From assembly GCA_965223425.1 (NCBI GenBank), contig OZ245003.1, positions 832,001 through 896,000 on the forward strand: a stretch of 64,000 nt of DNA. The letters are read 5' to 3'. The stretch's first letter is position 1. Every line of letters starts with the position of its first letter. Both the position numbers and the translations under genes were made by a program. This document shows positions 32,134 through 42,464 of this stretch, one piece after another. The notes beneath the pieces are model-generated. The model ran no database searches, was not told the origin of the DNA, and saw only the letters and a program-made list of their open reading frames with translations. The DNA is from Nitrosopumilus sp. (GTDB lineage: Archaea > Thermoproteota > Nitrososphaeria > Nitrososphaerales > Nitrosopumilaceae).

Positions 32134-32549
32134 TGATTCCGGCCCCGCATCCAGGTCTGCTGCAAGCTGTCTTGCCTGCGGCCCGCCTATCAGGTGCTTT
32201 CGTCCCCTGCCGCTGCGCTCGAACCTTGCGCGTATTCCCTCGTCCTGTGCGCGGTTGAGCCATGCAGATATGGTGGACTTGGGCCTTCCCAGCATCCTTC
32301 CAATCCTGTCTAGCGGCACGCCGTCCTTGCGCTGCATGTACGCAAGCAGCCTGTCGCGCCTTCTGGGATCGGTCTCTTTTTTGTATGCCCTTTTGAGGTC
32401 TGCAACGCTGGTGTTTGGCAGAAATTTTGCCCCCCTTGCAACCTGTCTCTTTTTTTGTTTGTACATGCAGTGTGTGCGGTATGGCCGGTCTTGGATCTTT
32501 TGGCCAAAAATAATTGTCAAAATGGTTCAGTTTTTTTATGTGCATACTA
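32134..32549 (-). mobile_element. Truncated IS630 type B (5' part)
   Basis: Near-identical to about 8836-9251. Confidence 0.88.
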
Positions 32550-33021
32550 CAGCTCCCGAATGTCTGATATCTGTCTGGTCTCTGCAAGCTTTTTGTCAGG
32601 CAGTGACAGTGCAGACCTTATGGCAGGCTCCATGTATCGTATGCCGGTACTGACATTTGACTGGCTCAGGTCAAAAAGCAGGCTCAGGAGACCTGTGTAA
32701 CGTATGTTCTGTAGTGGATCAGTGCCATCAGGATTCTGTCCCTGCGGCAGTGTTTGAACCTGCGCCCTGCGCCGATGTCTCGGATTCTGTTATTCCTAGA
32801 GAGGCGTCTTTCCTCCGTTATCTTGTACTGTGACTCTATCTCCGGGCACAGATCATAAAACTGCCCGGGGGTAACTCCCGTCATGGACAGGAATAATTTT
32901 GGTTTTTTTGCCAGCTTTTTGTGGTTTAACATGACATGCATGGCATTTTGCCTGTTTTGGATCTAGTTGCGAACAAATATCTGGAAAATGGTAAAATTAT
33001 GTTAATAACGGATAGGGTCTA
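32550..33021 (-). pseudogene. IS5/ISL2-type transposase, N-terminal fragment
   Basis: LFLSMTG...F..L...GAGRRFK...YRTYVTQ HTH_Tnp_4-like region; frameshifted. Confidence 0.75.
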
Positions 33022-33056
33022 TAGAGTTATTGGAATGTATGTTTCAATAGAGAATA

Positions 33057-34520
33057 TTGGATCAAAAGAGAACATGCAAGGGTTTGTGTAAAAAATACCG
33101 AGTAGCAAAGCCCACAGGAATTGGTAGATATGAATCAGGTCAGGGCAGATGTCAGATATGCGATATATGGCTCAATCATAAAGGCGCCAAAATGAAAAAT
33201 GGAATGCCTGCAACCAAAGGATCTATTGGATGGTTCTGCCGCTGTTGTAATTATCGAATAAGACAAAAACCTAGAAACAAAATCTACAAAGAAAAACTTC
33301 ACAATTCACAAAATCACTCAAACATTCCAAAATATAATCAATTGATGCTTCCAATTCTTCAAATTTGCAGTCAAAAAAGCCACACACAAAAGGAGTTGGA
33401 AGATTCTATTGCAGACAGATTCAATATTACAGAACAAGAGCGCAGAATCATCTTGCGCAATAAAGAGACTTATTTGACAAACAGAATCTATTGGGCCACG
33501 TTATATCTGAGAAAAGCCAGTCTTTTGGTCAAAAAGGAAGATAGTTTTTTCTATGCTACAGAGGATGGAGAAAAGATATTGGGCCAAAATCCCTCTAAAA
33601 TTGATAAAAAATTTCTGCTTAAGATACCTGTGTTTGCCAGATGGATTAACAAATCTGCTAAGAAAGACAAGTCAGTTGTAGGTAACAAATTAGATGAGCT
33701 TATTGCAAAATCTCTGGATTTGATTAAACACGATATAGTGTATGTTAATGATCTTACAAGGATTCTAGGTATCACCGATGATGTGAAAGACTTGCTTGTG
33801 CATAAATTACTTGAGATGCAAAAAGTGACAAAAGAAGATATACAGTATCAGGGAGATATCTTAGATTCCATACTCAAATATAATCCTCCTGTAGAGAATA
33901 ATTCTGATTCTACAGAAAATGATGCAGAATCTATAGATGATGGTTTGTCTTATTTTAATAAAAGCAGAGCAGAAATGACTCAAAAGATATTTCATAGTCT
34001 TGCTGAAGATAAGAGTGATTTAAGACACAAGAAATTCAAAAAGTGGAGTAAGATAAATGGAATCACTGTAACTGAGATTGAAACAGAATTTGATATGTCC
34101 ATTGAAAAATTCATCAGTCTTGCATATGCGTCACCGCCAAACAAAATATCGCTGATAAGGGAGTTTGAGCATATAAAATCAGAGATAGGCAGAATTCCCA
34201 CAAAGCAAGACATTGATGAGCATTCAGAGTTTAATTCCTTGCAATATGATGAGGAATTTCAATCATGGGAACATATGTTGGAGAGATTGGGATATGATCC
34301 ATGGTATCGCAAAAAAACCATAAAACCTGTCATAGATGATCTAGAACCAACATCAACCACATACAAAGAATCCCAGAGAAATCTGAAAGAGATAAAAGAT
34401 GAAATTTGCAAGAGATTAAAAAATGACCCGCAGATGTTAGAACTATTCAATACGGTAGATAAAAAAATTCAAGAGTTAGATAATGATACGTTAGAAAAAA
34501 TAATCCAAAATATGGACTAA
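33057..34520 (+). CDS. Paralog of 27059..29275 with shuffled domain order (ZnF, Mrr_N, wHTH, repeat)
   Basis: Same RYExGQGRCQxCDxW Zn finger; IPKYNQLMLPIL Mrr_N; LSYFNK...PPNKIS...YDPWYR block. Confidence 0.75.
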   Translation: MDQKRTCKGLCKKYRVAKPTGIGRYESGQGRCQICDIWLNHKGAKMKNGMPATKGSIGWFCRCCNYRIRQKPRNKIYKEKLHNSQNHSNIPKYNQLMLPILQICSQKSHTQKELEDSIADRFNITEQERRIILRNKETYLTNRIYWATLYLRKASLLVKKEDSFFYATEDGEKILGQNPSKIDKKFLLKIPVFARWINKSAKKDKSVVGNKLDELIAKSLDLIKHDIVYVNDLTRILGITDDVKDLLVHKLLEMQKVTKEDIQYQGDILDSILKYNPPVENNSDSTENDAESIDDGLSYFNKSRAEMTQKIFHSLAEDKSDLRHKKFKKWSKINGITVTEIETEFDMSIEKFISLAYASPPNKISLIREFEHIKSEIGRIPTKQDIDEHSEFNSLQYDEEFQSWEHMLERLGYDPWYRKKTIKPVIDDLEPTSTTYKESQRNLKEIKDEICKRLKNDPQMLELFNTVDKKIQELDNDTLEKIIQNMD

Positions 34521-36649
34521 GTTTGTTCGTTGTCAATATGCGCCTGCAGATATTCTTTTAATAGAAGATCAGAATCTGGATTACATACTTCCTTTATTGC
34601 ATGAATGGAATTTGTAATGTTATCCTCTTTAAATCGAAATATTTCATTATCCAATTTGTCAATACTATGATTGATTTCTGACCATGGTTTGTGTGTGCTT
34701 TGGCAAAAAAGATAAATCGCAGCTAACTGATGTTTACATAGTGTTTTGAAGTAATTCTCATTAAGTTTGTGGCCACAACTACAATGAAACGCATCATTGA
34801 TTGAAGAACGAGTCCTAATGGATACATATACACCATTATCAAATTCAAAATATTGTATCCTGTTTGAAGGGCGTTTAGTACGAGAATTCCGTTCTGTGTT
34901 GGAATGAGTGCTATCGAAGAGTTCAGGATGTAAGCTTTTCTGAAGATCGTCCCATGTATTATGTGTCTTGATCTCCCTATCTATTACATCTTCAAAGGAG
35001 TATGTAGATAAATTTGCTAGGTTGCAGACAAATTTAAAGAATTTGTCGGATGCAGATTCAAAATCATCCTCCTCCAAAATATGAAGATCTACTTCCTGCA
35101 TGCATCCTATTGGAAATGTTGTCTCCAAATGATCTGGTGCAGTTTCCACTGTAGCAAGTCCCGATTCATAGTTTAGTGACTTGATTAAGACAATCTTCCC
35201 TCTACTTTCTCCATACATTACTTTTGCCACAGAATGCAGTCTACATGGAATCGTGGGAGTAATAGAGCACCAACTACGAATTCCATCTTCATCTATTACC
35301 TGGATCCTTCTGTCATCTCTGGTCTGTTGCAGTATCTCAGGATTAGCTTTTGTACACGTAAATATAACGCCTTGTTCTTTTGGTGGAATCGCATTTTTGA
35401 GCGACGATAATATCTCCGAGGTAATATCATCTTCGATCATGACTTTGCAGTGAAATATGTTAGATGTTGCCTGAAAGTCCATCTCTTTCATTATCTTCAC
35501 CTGTTCTGGCCGGAAATTATAGTTTGTAAGATCCACAATAAAATCAAATTTTTTCATATTCTCTCGAGGACTCTGGAGCATTACTGCATCACTTAGAACA
35601 AGACCTGCAATACGAGTAACTTGATCATCTAGATCATCAAGATCTCCAGTCTCCATAGTCTTTATCTCGGAAATGAATTGATCAGGCGTTATGTTTCTGC
35701 CAAAGAATTTGGTCCGGCCGGCTGATATTACCTCCTTTTTTATTTTTTCCATCTTGCGATTATAATTTTCAACGGAAAATAGTTGATCAGAATCAGGAGA
35801 GTATTTCCAATATGTACGGTTTCTAACAATGATGAGTTTTCTTTCTAATTCATCCAGTATGTCGTCAATTATTTGGACTCTGGCCGTGATTCGGATTAAC
35901 GGAAATTCATTCATTGATTTTACCATCAGGCTGTTATAGGATAGTCCCTCCTCCATCTCGTTGATTATGCTGTAAACCTTGTCAGAGAGTTTTGAATATT
36001 TTGCTGGAAGGGAGACATCTCCATCCATGCTTGTTATGTATGATTCATCTGCCAGATAATTGACGGAATTATTCAATTTATAATCAAGATCGTCATTTAG
36101 ATATTTTTCAAAGGAATCGCGTATCTTATTGTTGTATAACGCAGGTATACTATTCTTGTATTTTTTATATGAGTTGAGAATTATTTTTTTCAAATCAAAA
36201 CTATCTATGTATTCTAAATCTAGAATAACATTGCTGACAAGGGCACCAAGTATGTTGGCATGGAACAATTCTTCAAGGGGTTTTGCAAAGATATTTGACT
36301 GCTCGGTCAAAAACTCGTATTGATTTGCCCATTTTTTATTCTGAAGGTTTATCATTTTGTTGTCTTTGTTTGGATCCTTTGATCTGTCACCTTTGAAATT
36401 CAGAGCAGTTGCAACCATTGTAAAATCGTTATAGCTGCGCATCTGGTATTTTTTTACCATGTGTCGTGTAAATACCCCGTTCATAAAATCCTCAACAAAG
36501 TCTGGCAGAAATACAAATGGATATTTTTTGACGATGTTTGCAGTGAGCGATATCATCTTGTTTGCCTTGACAATATCCATTGAACCATAATTTGTGATCA
36601 TCTCATCGCAGTCTTGTTTGAATACGTGCATTGATGAGAGATTAGCCAT
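34517..36649 (-). CDS. Putative restriction-endonuclease-like protein with C-terminal SWIM zinc finger
   Basis: FDFIVD...FHCK...GVIFT (Mrr_cat-like, degenerate); CSCG...CKHQLA SWIM motif; directly downstream of pbeD. Confidence 0.55.
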   Translation of the reverse strand: MANLSSMHVFKQDCDEMITNYGSMDIVKANKMISLTANIVKKYPFVFLPDFVEDFMNGVFTRHMVKKYQMRSYNDFTMVATALNFKGDRSKDPNKDNKMINLQNKKWANQYEFLTEQSNIFAKPLEELFHANILGALVSNVILDLEYIDSFDLKKIILNSYKKYKNSIPALYNNKIRDSFEKYLNDDLDYKLNNSVNYLADESYITSMDGDVSLPAKYSKLSDKVYSIINEMEEGLSYNSLMVKSMNEFPLIRITARVQIIDDILDELERKLIIVRNRTYWKYSPDSDQLFSVENYNRKMEKIKKEVISAGRTKFFGRNITPDQFISEIKTMETGDLDDLDDQVTRIAGLVLSDAVMLQSPRENMKKFDFIVDLTNYNFRPEQVKIMKEMDFQATSNIFHCKVMIEDDITSEILSSLKNAIPPKEQGVIFTCTKANPEILQQTRDDRRIQVIDEDGIRSWCSITPTIPCRLHSVAKVMYGESRGKIVLIKSLNYESGLATVETAPDHLETTFPIGCMQEVDLHILEEDDFESASDKFFKFVCNLANLSTYSFEDVIDREIKTHNTWDDLQKSLHPELFDSTHSNTERNSRTKRPSNRIQYFEFDNGVYVSIRTRSSINDAFHCSCGHKLNENYFKTLCKHQLAAIYLFCQSTHKPWSEINHSIDKLDNEIFRFKEDNITNSIHAIKEVCNPDSDLLLKEYLQAHIDNEQT

Positions 36650-36675
36650 ATTATATCCGGAACGTTATGGTCATC

Positions 36676-37137
36676 TTACGGCTGACCTGAGTGTGATTTA
36701 ATGCCGTCTTCCAAAAATTCCTCATACTGTTTATTGTTGATGTCGGGTTGACTGTCTAGTTGCATCAAGATCTTTATTCCGCCGTTTGCATATTCTTCGC
36801 ATGTTTTGATAAGTTTTTTAGGATCAGCAAGTGTTTCCAAACCGGCGTCATTATCAGATAATGCCACACAACACATCAACCACACTTCTTGTTCATTTAG
36901 TGCATCTCGCCGTATGGACTGGGATGGAGTTTTAATGGACTCCTTGGCGTCTCGTTTCTTGCCAATGGCCATTGCTAGTAGAAATATGTCTATCTGTCTC
37001 TTGTTGTAAAAGATCGAGTTCTTTTCAACAAGAGCTCCATTTATGCTCGAATAAAATTTCTCCACTGAGCCATCATTCTTGTCATATGACATATGGGTGG
37101 GCCAATCAGACTGGAGTTGACGAGATATCTTATTCAT
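36676..37137 (-). CDS. pbeD: PbeD-like protein
   Basis: IFLLAMAIG...EEYANGGI motif; position after the SMC-like ATPase matches dndCDEA-pbeABCD synteny. Confidence 0.7.
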   Translation of the reverse strand: MNKISRQLQSDWPTHMSYDKNDGSVEKFYSSINGALVEKNSIFYNKRQIDIFLLAMAIGKKRDAKESIKTPSQSIRRDALNEQEVWLMCCVALSDNDAGLETLADPKKLIKTCEEYANGGIKILMQLDSQPDINNKQYEEFLEDGIKSHSGQP

Positions 37138-39236
37138 AGTTTCACCTGCTCAATTGTGGTATGGGATGTATTTGATTTACTTTCATGCGTTTTTAGCAGA
37201 TATTCTCCCCATATGCTGTTATTCGCCATCAATGTTTCCCTAACTGATGGAATCTCCTCTCCTGTAATGCCCTTGTTTGCATGACCTGTATATTCCTGAT
37301 CCTGTACCAACAACGTAATCTGTGTTTGTGGAAGAAACTTTGGTAGATTCTTGGCAATATCAACTCGCTCTTCCTGTGATATGTTGTGTAGTGGAGAATC
37401 AATCAGCATAAAATAATTTTTTTCGGCAATCTCACGTATGGCTGCAATATATGACAATGCAAGACAACAGCTCTGGCCTGCTGACAATGACTTGTATTTT
37501 TGATCTTTGCCTAATACCAATGTTTTGTAGTTTTCCTTTATCTGGACTTTGGAGAAATCATTCTTTCTTGACACCAATTTGAGGAAATACTGCGTGGTTT
37601 TCTCTGCAACTGTGTCTCGCAGTTCATCTATGATCTCGTCTCTATAGTTTTTGAATATTTTTTCAAGCGTGTTTGCAAGGTTTATCCTGTTGTTTTGTGA
37701 TTTGTATCTGTCATCTTGCTTCATTTTCATCTTCAATTCCCTATCCTTTTGCTCCAGCTCACGTTTTGCCCGCTCACTTTCATCTCGTGCACGGCTTTTG
37801 CTTTCAATTGCACTTCTTTCCTCATTTTTCAAATCCTTTAATTGTTGGAATTTTTTTTGAATTTCTTCTATGTTGATATTGGCAAATTTTTTCTCCAGAG
37901 CCTTCTTTTCATCATATTTGCCGCGATCATAAGTATCAAGTTCGTCTCTGCCACCCTTGTATTTCTTTAGTGTGTCATCCATGGATTGCACTTCATCCCA
38001 CATGTTGTCCCAGTGGCCTCTCCCAATTGTGATGTTTTGAATTATGGGAGATTCTATCAGATTTTTCTTCAAAAGTTCTTCTATGTGCCGTCTTTGGGTA
38101 CTGCCTTCATCCAGGTTCGCCCCACATATACATCTGGGCGGATTTCCTTCTAGTATATTTTTGAGTGCAAGTCCGCTTACTGCAATTGGAATCTTTCCTT
38201 CGTTTTCCCACACATTGCATTTCTCTATGCTTCGTTTTATGGAGTCACTCAGACGAATCAATATGTTGGAGTGTAATACCCAGTCATTCATCTCTTGTTT
38301 ATGTTCCTTCAAGCGTTTCTTGTTATTGCTGATGTCTTGTGTTAGTCCGTCAATACGTGATTGTGTATTTTTTATTGTCTCTTCATTGTGAGTTCGCAGA
38401 AAAGATTCTATCATGTTTATGTCTCTAGTAAATTTAACAATCTTCTCTTCTTCAGATTCGATTTTTTTGTTGGCAGTATCTATCTTTCTTTCATAAAGCA
38501 GCACTTCATCTTTGAGAGGTTCTACGTTGACTCCCTTTATGGTATTCCGGATCGAGGCTGACGTCTTTATAAGATGGTTTATCGCAGTATCAAGAACAGG
38601 AAGTCCAGATATTTTCTCAATGCCGTCTTTTACCTTTGCGTTTTTCTCATCATATATGTCAAAAAAATTATCCAATAATTCTGCATCAAATAGGAAATAC
38701 TTTGATAATGATTTTGGAAATATGTTGTCTATGGCGCTTTTTACTCGGTCGGGATCAGTATATAGTACCCAATCTGAATCACGAGTAAGATGACTAAATG
38801 TTATTGTTTCCTTCAGAACTATTCCTTTGGATATTCTTCCACCGATGGCCGAATGCTGGATGAGTTCGGCAGAGTCGTATTTTTTGGTAAATTCCATTAC
38901 TCGCGTTATTTTATAGCGAAGCTCATCTTCTTCATACAGCTGAATTTCAACTATGGTATCATCAAAGTTATTGACGTTAAGACTTTCTAGTGCACTAGTA
39001 TTCAGAATTCCTTCATCACTATCTATATTTGCAGAACGATTCTCCCCGTACAAACACCAGTAGATTGCATCCAATAGAGTTGTTTTTCCATGACCCATTT
39101 CACCGTGTATTATTGTAATGGTTTTTTGTAGATCACGTGACAGCTCTATGGTAACATCGCCTTTGTATGTTTTGTAGTTTTTGAGTATTATTTTCCCCAA
39201 CTGTAAACTAGGTCTGTTCTCACTCATAGTTTTCAC
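37134..39236 (-). CDS. pbeC: PbeC-like SMC/Rad50 ATPase
   Basis: GEMGHGKTT Walker A, LFDAE, coiled coil, LSAGQ signature, LIDSP Walker B. Confidence 0.78.
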   Translation of the reverse strand: MKTMSENRPSLQLGKIILKNYKTYKGDVTIELSRDLQKTITIIHGEMGHGKTTLLDAIYWCLYGENRSANIDSDEGILNTSALESLNVNNFDDTIVEIQLYEEDELRYKITRVMEFTKKYDSAELIQHSAIGGRISKGIVLKETITFSHLTRDSDWVLYTDPDRVKSAIDNIFPKSLSKYFLFDAELLDNFFDIYDEKNAKVKDGIEKISGLPVLDTAINHLIKTSASIRNTIKGVNVEPLKDEVLLYERKIDTANKKIESEEEKIVKFTRDINMIESFLRTHNEETIKNTQSRIDGLTQDISNNKKRLKEHKQEMNDWVLHSNILIRLSDSIKRSIEKCNVWENEGKIPIAVSGLALKNILEGNPPRCICGANLDEGSTQRRHIEELLKKNLIESPIIQNITIGRGHWDNMWDEVQSMDDTLKKYKGGRDELDTYDRGKYDEKKALEKKFANINIEEIQKKFQQLKDLKNEERSAIESKSRARDESERAKRELEQKDRELKMKMKQDDRYKSQNNRINLANTLEKIFKNYRDEIIDELRDTVAEKTTQYFLKLVSRKNDFSKVQIKENYKTLVLGKDQKYKSLSAGQSCCLALSYIAAIREIAEKNYFMLIDSPLHNISQEERVDIAKNLPKFLPQTQITLLVQDQEYTGHANKGITGEEIPSVRETLMANNSIWGEYLLKTHESKSNTSHTTIEQVKL

Positions 39237-39429
39237 AGAAATTCCTTACTTGTTCATCGTCTGCATATTTTTCAAGAAGCTTGTTTATGTTGGATTTGTA
39301 ATCTTTTTTTGCGTTTTGAATATCCATATCGATCTCTGCCTTGAGAATTTCATGTAAGATCTCTTTTATCTTATCAGGCAAGTTGCCATTTTGAATCTTG
39401 TTTGATATGAGAGGGTTTATGGACAACAT
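39220..39429 (-). CDS. pbeB: PbeB-like small protein
   Basis: 69-aa helical protein between the helicase and the ATPase; called from synteny only. Confidence 0.55.
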   Translation of the reverse strand: MLSINPLISNKIQNGNLPDKIKEILHEILKAEIDMDIQNAKKDYKSNINKLLEKYADDEQVRNFCENYE

Positions 39430-39551
39430 TGGACTGTTTGAAAAAACACCATAAAAATCTTATTTACTATATACGACACTTGACAAGTAAAATTATCAAA
39501 TTAATATGGGATGGATGGAATATTCAGAAATTTGGATTTGTTTTTCGCCTA

Positions 39552-41612
39552 TTATGATATTGAAAATTTTTCTTTTAATTTCTTTATGTTCTCTAGACAG
39601 GATTCATGGTTTATGGCTATGCCTGCCATCTCTTCCATCCTCCTTATCTGTGATGCCACTATCTGGCGCTCTATGCGAACCTCGTCATCGGTATAATCTT
39701 CTGAAATACTCGGAACTACAAGCAGATCGTAAATAATGGCATTATCTTTCTTGCTTCCATCTGGATAGCCTTCCTTGAATCTACGTAGAACACGACCCCT
39801 GCGCTGTATGAACTGTTTTGGATTTCCCGTACTTGCAAGCATTATGCAGTTTTTGGCAGATGGAATATCTGCACCTTCATCTAGAACCCGGTTTGCAACT
39901 ATTGCGTTAAACAACCCCTTGCTGAATTTTTTGATAATATCGGACCTCATGACGGGGTTTGATGGGTTTTTGTGGGTAATCTCTCGGTTTATTATGGCAG
40001 ACTTGTCCAGGGTTTTTTTAACCGTGTCCATTTGCTTTTCTGAACAATATATGAGGGCATACTCTAGGCCGTCTTTGTGTTCTTGAACCCACTCCTTGAA
40101 CTTGACAATCTTGCTTTCTGCATTTAGTATTATCCTTGAGCGATTTATTAATGCCAATTCGAGTTTTTCACGATCTTCTGGCTTTTTGGAATTCCAAAGT
40201 CGAGCTATGACCTTTGTGTAGGAGCTGTATTTCTCGTATTCTTCCTCGTTCAAGTCCACATGTATTGGGTGGTAATAATACCCAACAAGAAATTTTCTCT
40301 CTATTGCACTTTGCAAGTCAAGTGTGTATACGGTATCGCCAAAGAATCGCTGGAGCAATGCAGTCCCATCAGGATCAAAATATCTCTCAAGTGTTGCAGA
40401 TAATCCAAGCCTGTAATTATACGCGTTTGTAAGACCAGAAATATGTGCCGATGCACCTGCATTATGAACTTCATCGGCTACAAGTAATAGCGGAGCATTA
40501 CAACTTTCAACTATGCTGATAAATTTGTCAGTGCAAAATGTCTTGTATGTGGTGATAATTATCGATATGTTGCGATTTCTAGTCTCCAAGGATGCGATTT
40601 TATCTTTCATGTGTTGATCCCATTTTGTGTCGCCTGATGTAACTGCTGAATCAAATCCCCATTTTGCAAGTTCTTGTTTCCACTGTCTTTCAATATTGTC
40701 AAACGGGCAGGCGATTACAACCTGAAGTGTTTCCTGGATCTTTTGCAATTCTTTTATGCAGCCAACTGCGGCAAACGTCTTACCGGTACCTGTGGCCATC
40801 TCAAAGATCCCTCCGTAATCGTTTTCTTTCCAGTTGCGTATGGCAGTCTTTTGATACGGCCTGAGTCGAGGCATGTTCTGCAGCCTTATCTCTGATTTAG
40901 AGTTTGGGGCAATCTCTATGAGGTTTTTTCTTATTGCCTCTGGCAGTGGAATGGTCTTGAGAAGTATGTCAGATTCAATTGATTGACCGTCCCAGTATTT
41001 GTAAAATTCCTCATAGTCCTTGTCTAGAAATTTTTTTTCGCTGTCGTCCCAGCTTCGATATATCCGAAAATGATGATATTCTCCAAACATCTTGTCATCA
41101 AAATCAATATTGCCGGAAAAAGATATAGCCTTGTCATCATTATCCCAAAAAATCCCAGTTTTTAGTTTGAATAGTTGACCATCATCCAATTTCACTTCAG
41201 AAAGTATTGCACCCTGACTGTCGACAGGAACGATTATTTTGATCTCCAGATGATCATTTGCAAGCATCCATGCAAGCGCCCTTGTATGATCTTCTATGAA
41301 TTTCTCCTGCACTTCGGAAAAATCCTTTATCCAGCATTCTGAAATTACATCATGTGCATTTTTTATTCCCTTGTTAATAGAATCAATATCTTCTGCATTA
41401 AATTCGGGAAGCAGTACTAGTTTCATATATCCGTCATTTTGAATGAACTCCTGCAATCCTTCAGCACATGCGGCAAAATTCTTTGATGTGAATTTGCCCC
41501 CTATTCGGTTATATTTTCTAGAACATTTGAGAACTTTGTTAAAGAATTCATCGTATACATCGTCACTTATAGAATCATATTCTGATTTTAGCTCGATATC
41601 TTGAAAATTCAT
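39552..41612 (-). CDS. pbeA: PbeA-like PLD-domain + SF2 (DExH) helicase
   Basis: MATGTGKT, DEVH, GLSAT and QRRGR motifs; N-terminal PLD-like region with a degenerate HxK motif. Confidence 0.82.
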   Translation of the reverse strand: MNFQDIELKSEYDSISDDVYDEFFNKVLKCSRKYNRIGGKFTSKNFAACAEGLQEFIQNDGYMKLVLLPEFNAEDIDSINKGIKNAHDVISECWIKDFSEVQEKFIEDHTRALAWMLANDHLEIKIIVPVDSQGAILSEVKLDDGQLFKLKTGIFWDNDDKAISFSGNIDFDDKMFGEYHHFRIYRSWDDSEKKFLDKDYEEFYKYWDGQSIESDILLKTIPLPEAIRKNLIEIAPNSKSEIRLQNMPRLRPYQKTAIRNWKENDYGGIFEMATGTGKTFAAVGCIKELQKIQETLQVVIACPFDNIERQWKQELAKWGFDSAVTSGDTKWDQHMKDKIASLETRNRNISIIITTYKTFCTDKFISIVESCNAPLLLVADEVHNAGASAHISGLTNAYNYRLGLSATLERYFDPDGTALLQRFFGDTVYTLDLQSAIERKFLVGYYYHPIHVDLNEEEYEKYSSYTKVIARLWNSKKPEDREKLELALINRSRIILNAESKIVKFKEWVQEHKDGLEYALIYCSEKQMDTVKKTLDKSAIINREITHKNPSNPVMRSDIIKKFSKGLFNAIVANRVLDEGADIPSAKNCIMLASTGNPKQFIQRRGRVLRRFKEGYPDGSKKDNAIIYDLLVVPSISEDYTDDEVRIERQIVASQIRRMEEMAGIAINHESCLENIKKLKEKFSIS

Positions 41613-42460
41613 AGCATGCCCATCCTCATTAGATGAAATTGGATGTTCTTATCATTTAGTTTGTGGTCGCTAACCATGGCCAGTGTTCCTATTTTATTTC
41701 CATTCTTGTCAATTATTGTTTTTTTGTCACCGTCTATTCCAATTACTTTGTAGTCAAATTCTACGTGATGTGTTGGGCACAAGACAAGCATGTTATCAAA
41801 ATCATCACCACCTCCATCTCCTAACGGATGTATGTGGTGCACTTCGCTGTATCTTGATTTTTCAGAAACGTGTATGGTATTACCGCATATCTGACATTTA
41901 TCATTATATTGTGATTTGAGTTGTTTTACTTTTAGACTGTCTCGAATGAATCGTACTACCACTTCAGATTTTTTGTTTGGGGCGCCATCATCAGACACCA
42001 TTATGGTACCTGTGATCTTTTCTTCCATAGGCGGATATGTATCGATGTTATTTTTTACAAGATAGATGTTTGTAAGCTTGCTAGGTGAACTGATTCCTGC
42101 CTGGTTGCATAGCTTGCTAAAGGTGATATCGATATCGTGAATTGTGGCAAAAAGAATAATCCTATCATGCTCTCTCATTCTAGGTGTGTCTCCCCATATT
42201 CTAATTGCTTGTGACTGGTCAGTAACTTTGGATAGTACTATTCCGCAGTGTCTAAATGGCATTCCTTGCTCTGCAAAAAATATCCTGTCATCTTTTTGTA
42301 TTAACGACCATATGTCGTGATTGGTGGATGGCCCTAACGCCCATACATTATCGGCATCAAACCCATCAATCGATTTGATAATGTCACGGTCATACCCTGT
42401 CCGAAATCGTCGGAACCTCTCTTGATCCCTTTCCCCTACAATTAGTATGTAATCTGCCAT
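41609..42460 (-). CDS. HNH endonuclease with N-terminal EVE/PUA-like domain
   Basis: CQICG, EVHHIHPL, NMLVLCPTHH motifs; probable start MADYILIVG at 42460, just after the dndA stop. Confidence 0.78.
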   Translation of the reverse strand: MADYILIVGERDQERFRRFRTGYDRDIIKSIDGFDADNVWALGPSTNHDIWSLIQKDDRIFFAEQGMPFRHCGIVLSKVTDQSQAIRIWGDTPRMREHDRIILFATIHDIDITFSKLCNQAGISSPSKLTNIYLVKNNIDTYPPMEEKITGTIMVSDDGAPNKKSEVVVRFIRDSLKVKQLKSQYNDKCQICGNTIHVSEKSRYSEVHHIHPLGDGGGDDFDNMLVLCPTHHVEFDYKVIGIDGDKKTIIDKNGNKIGTLAMVSDHKLNDKNIQFHLMRMGML

Positions 42461-42464
42461 CTCA

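Noticed and set aside
36676-41612. dndFGH restriction module
   Set aside because: The helicase, small protein, SMC ATPase, small protein order matches pbeABCD instead.
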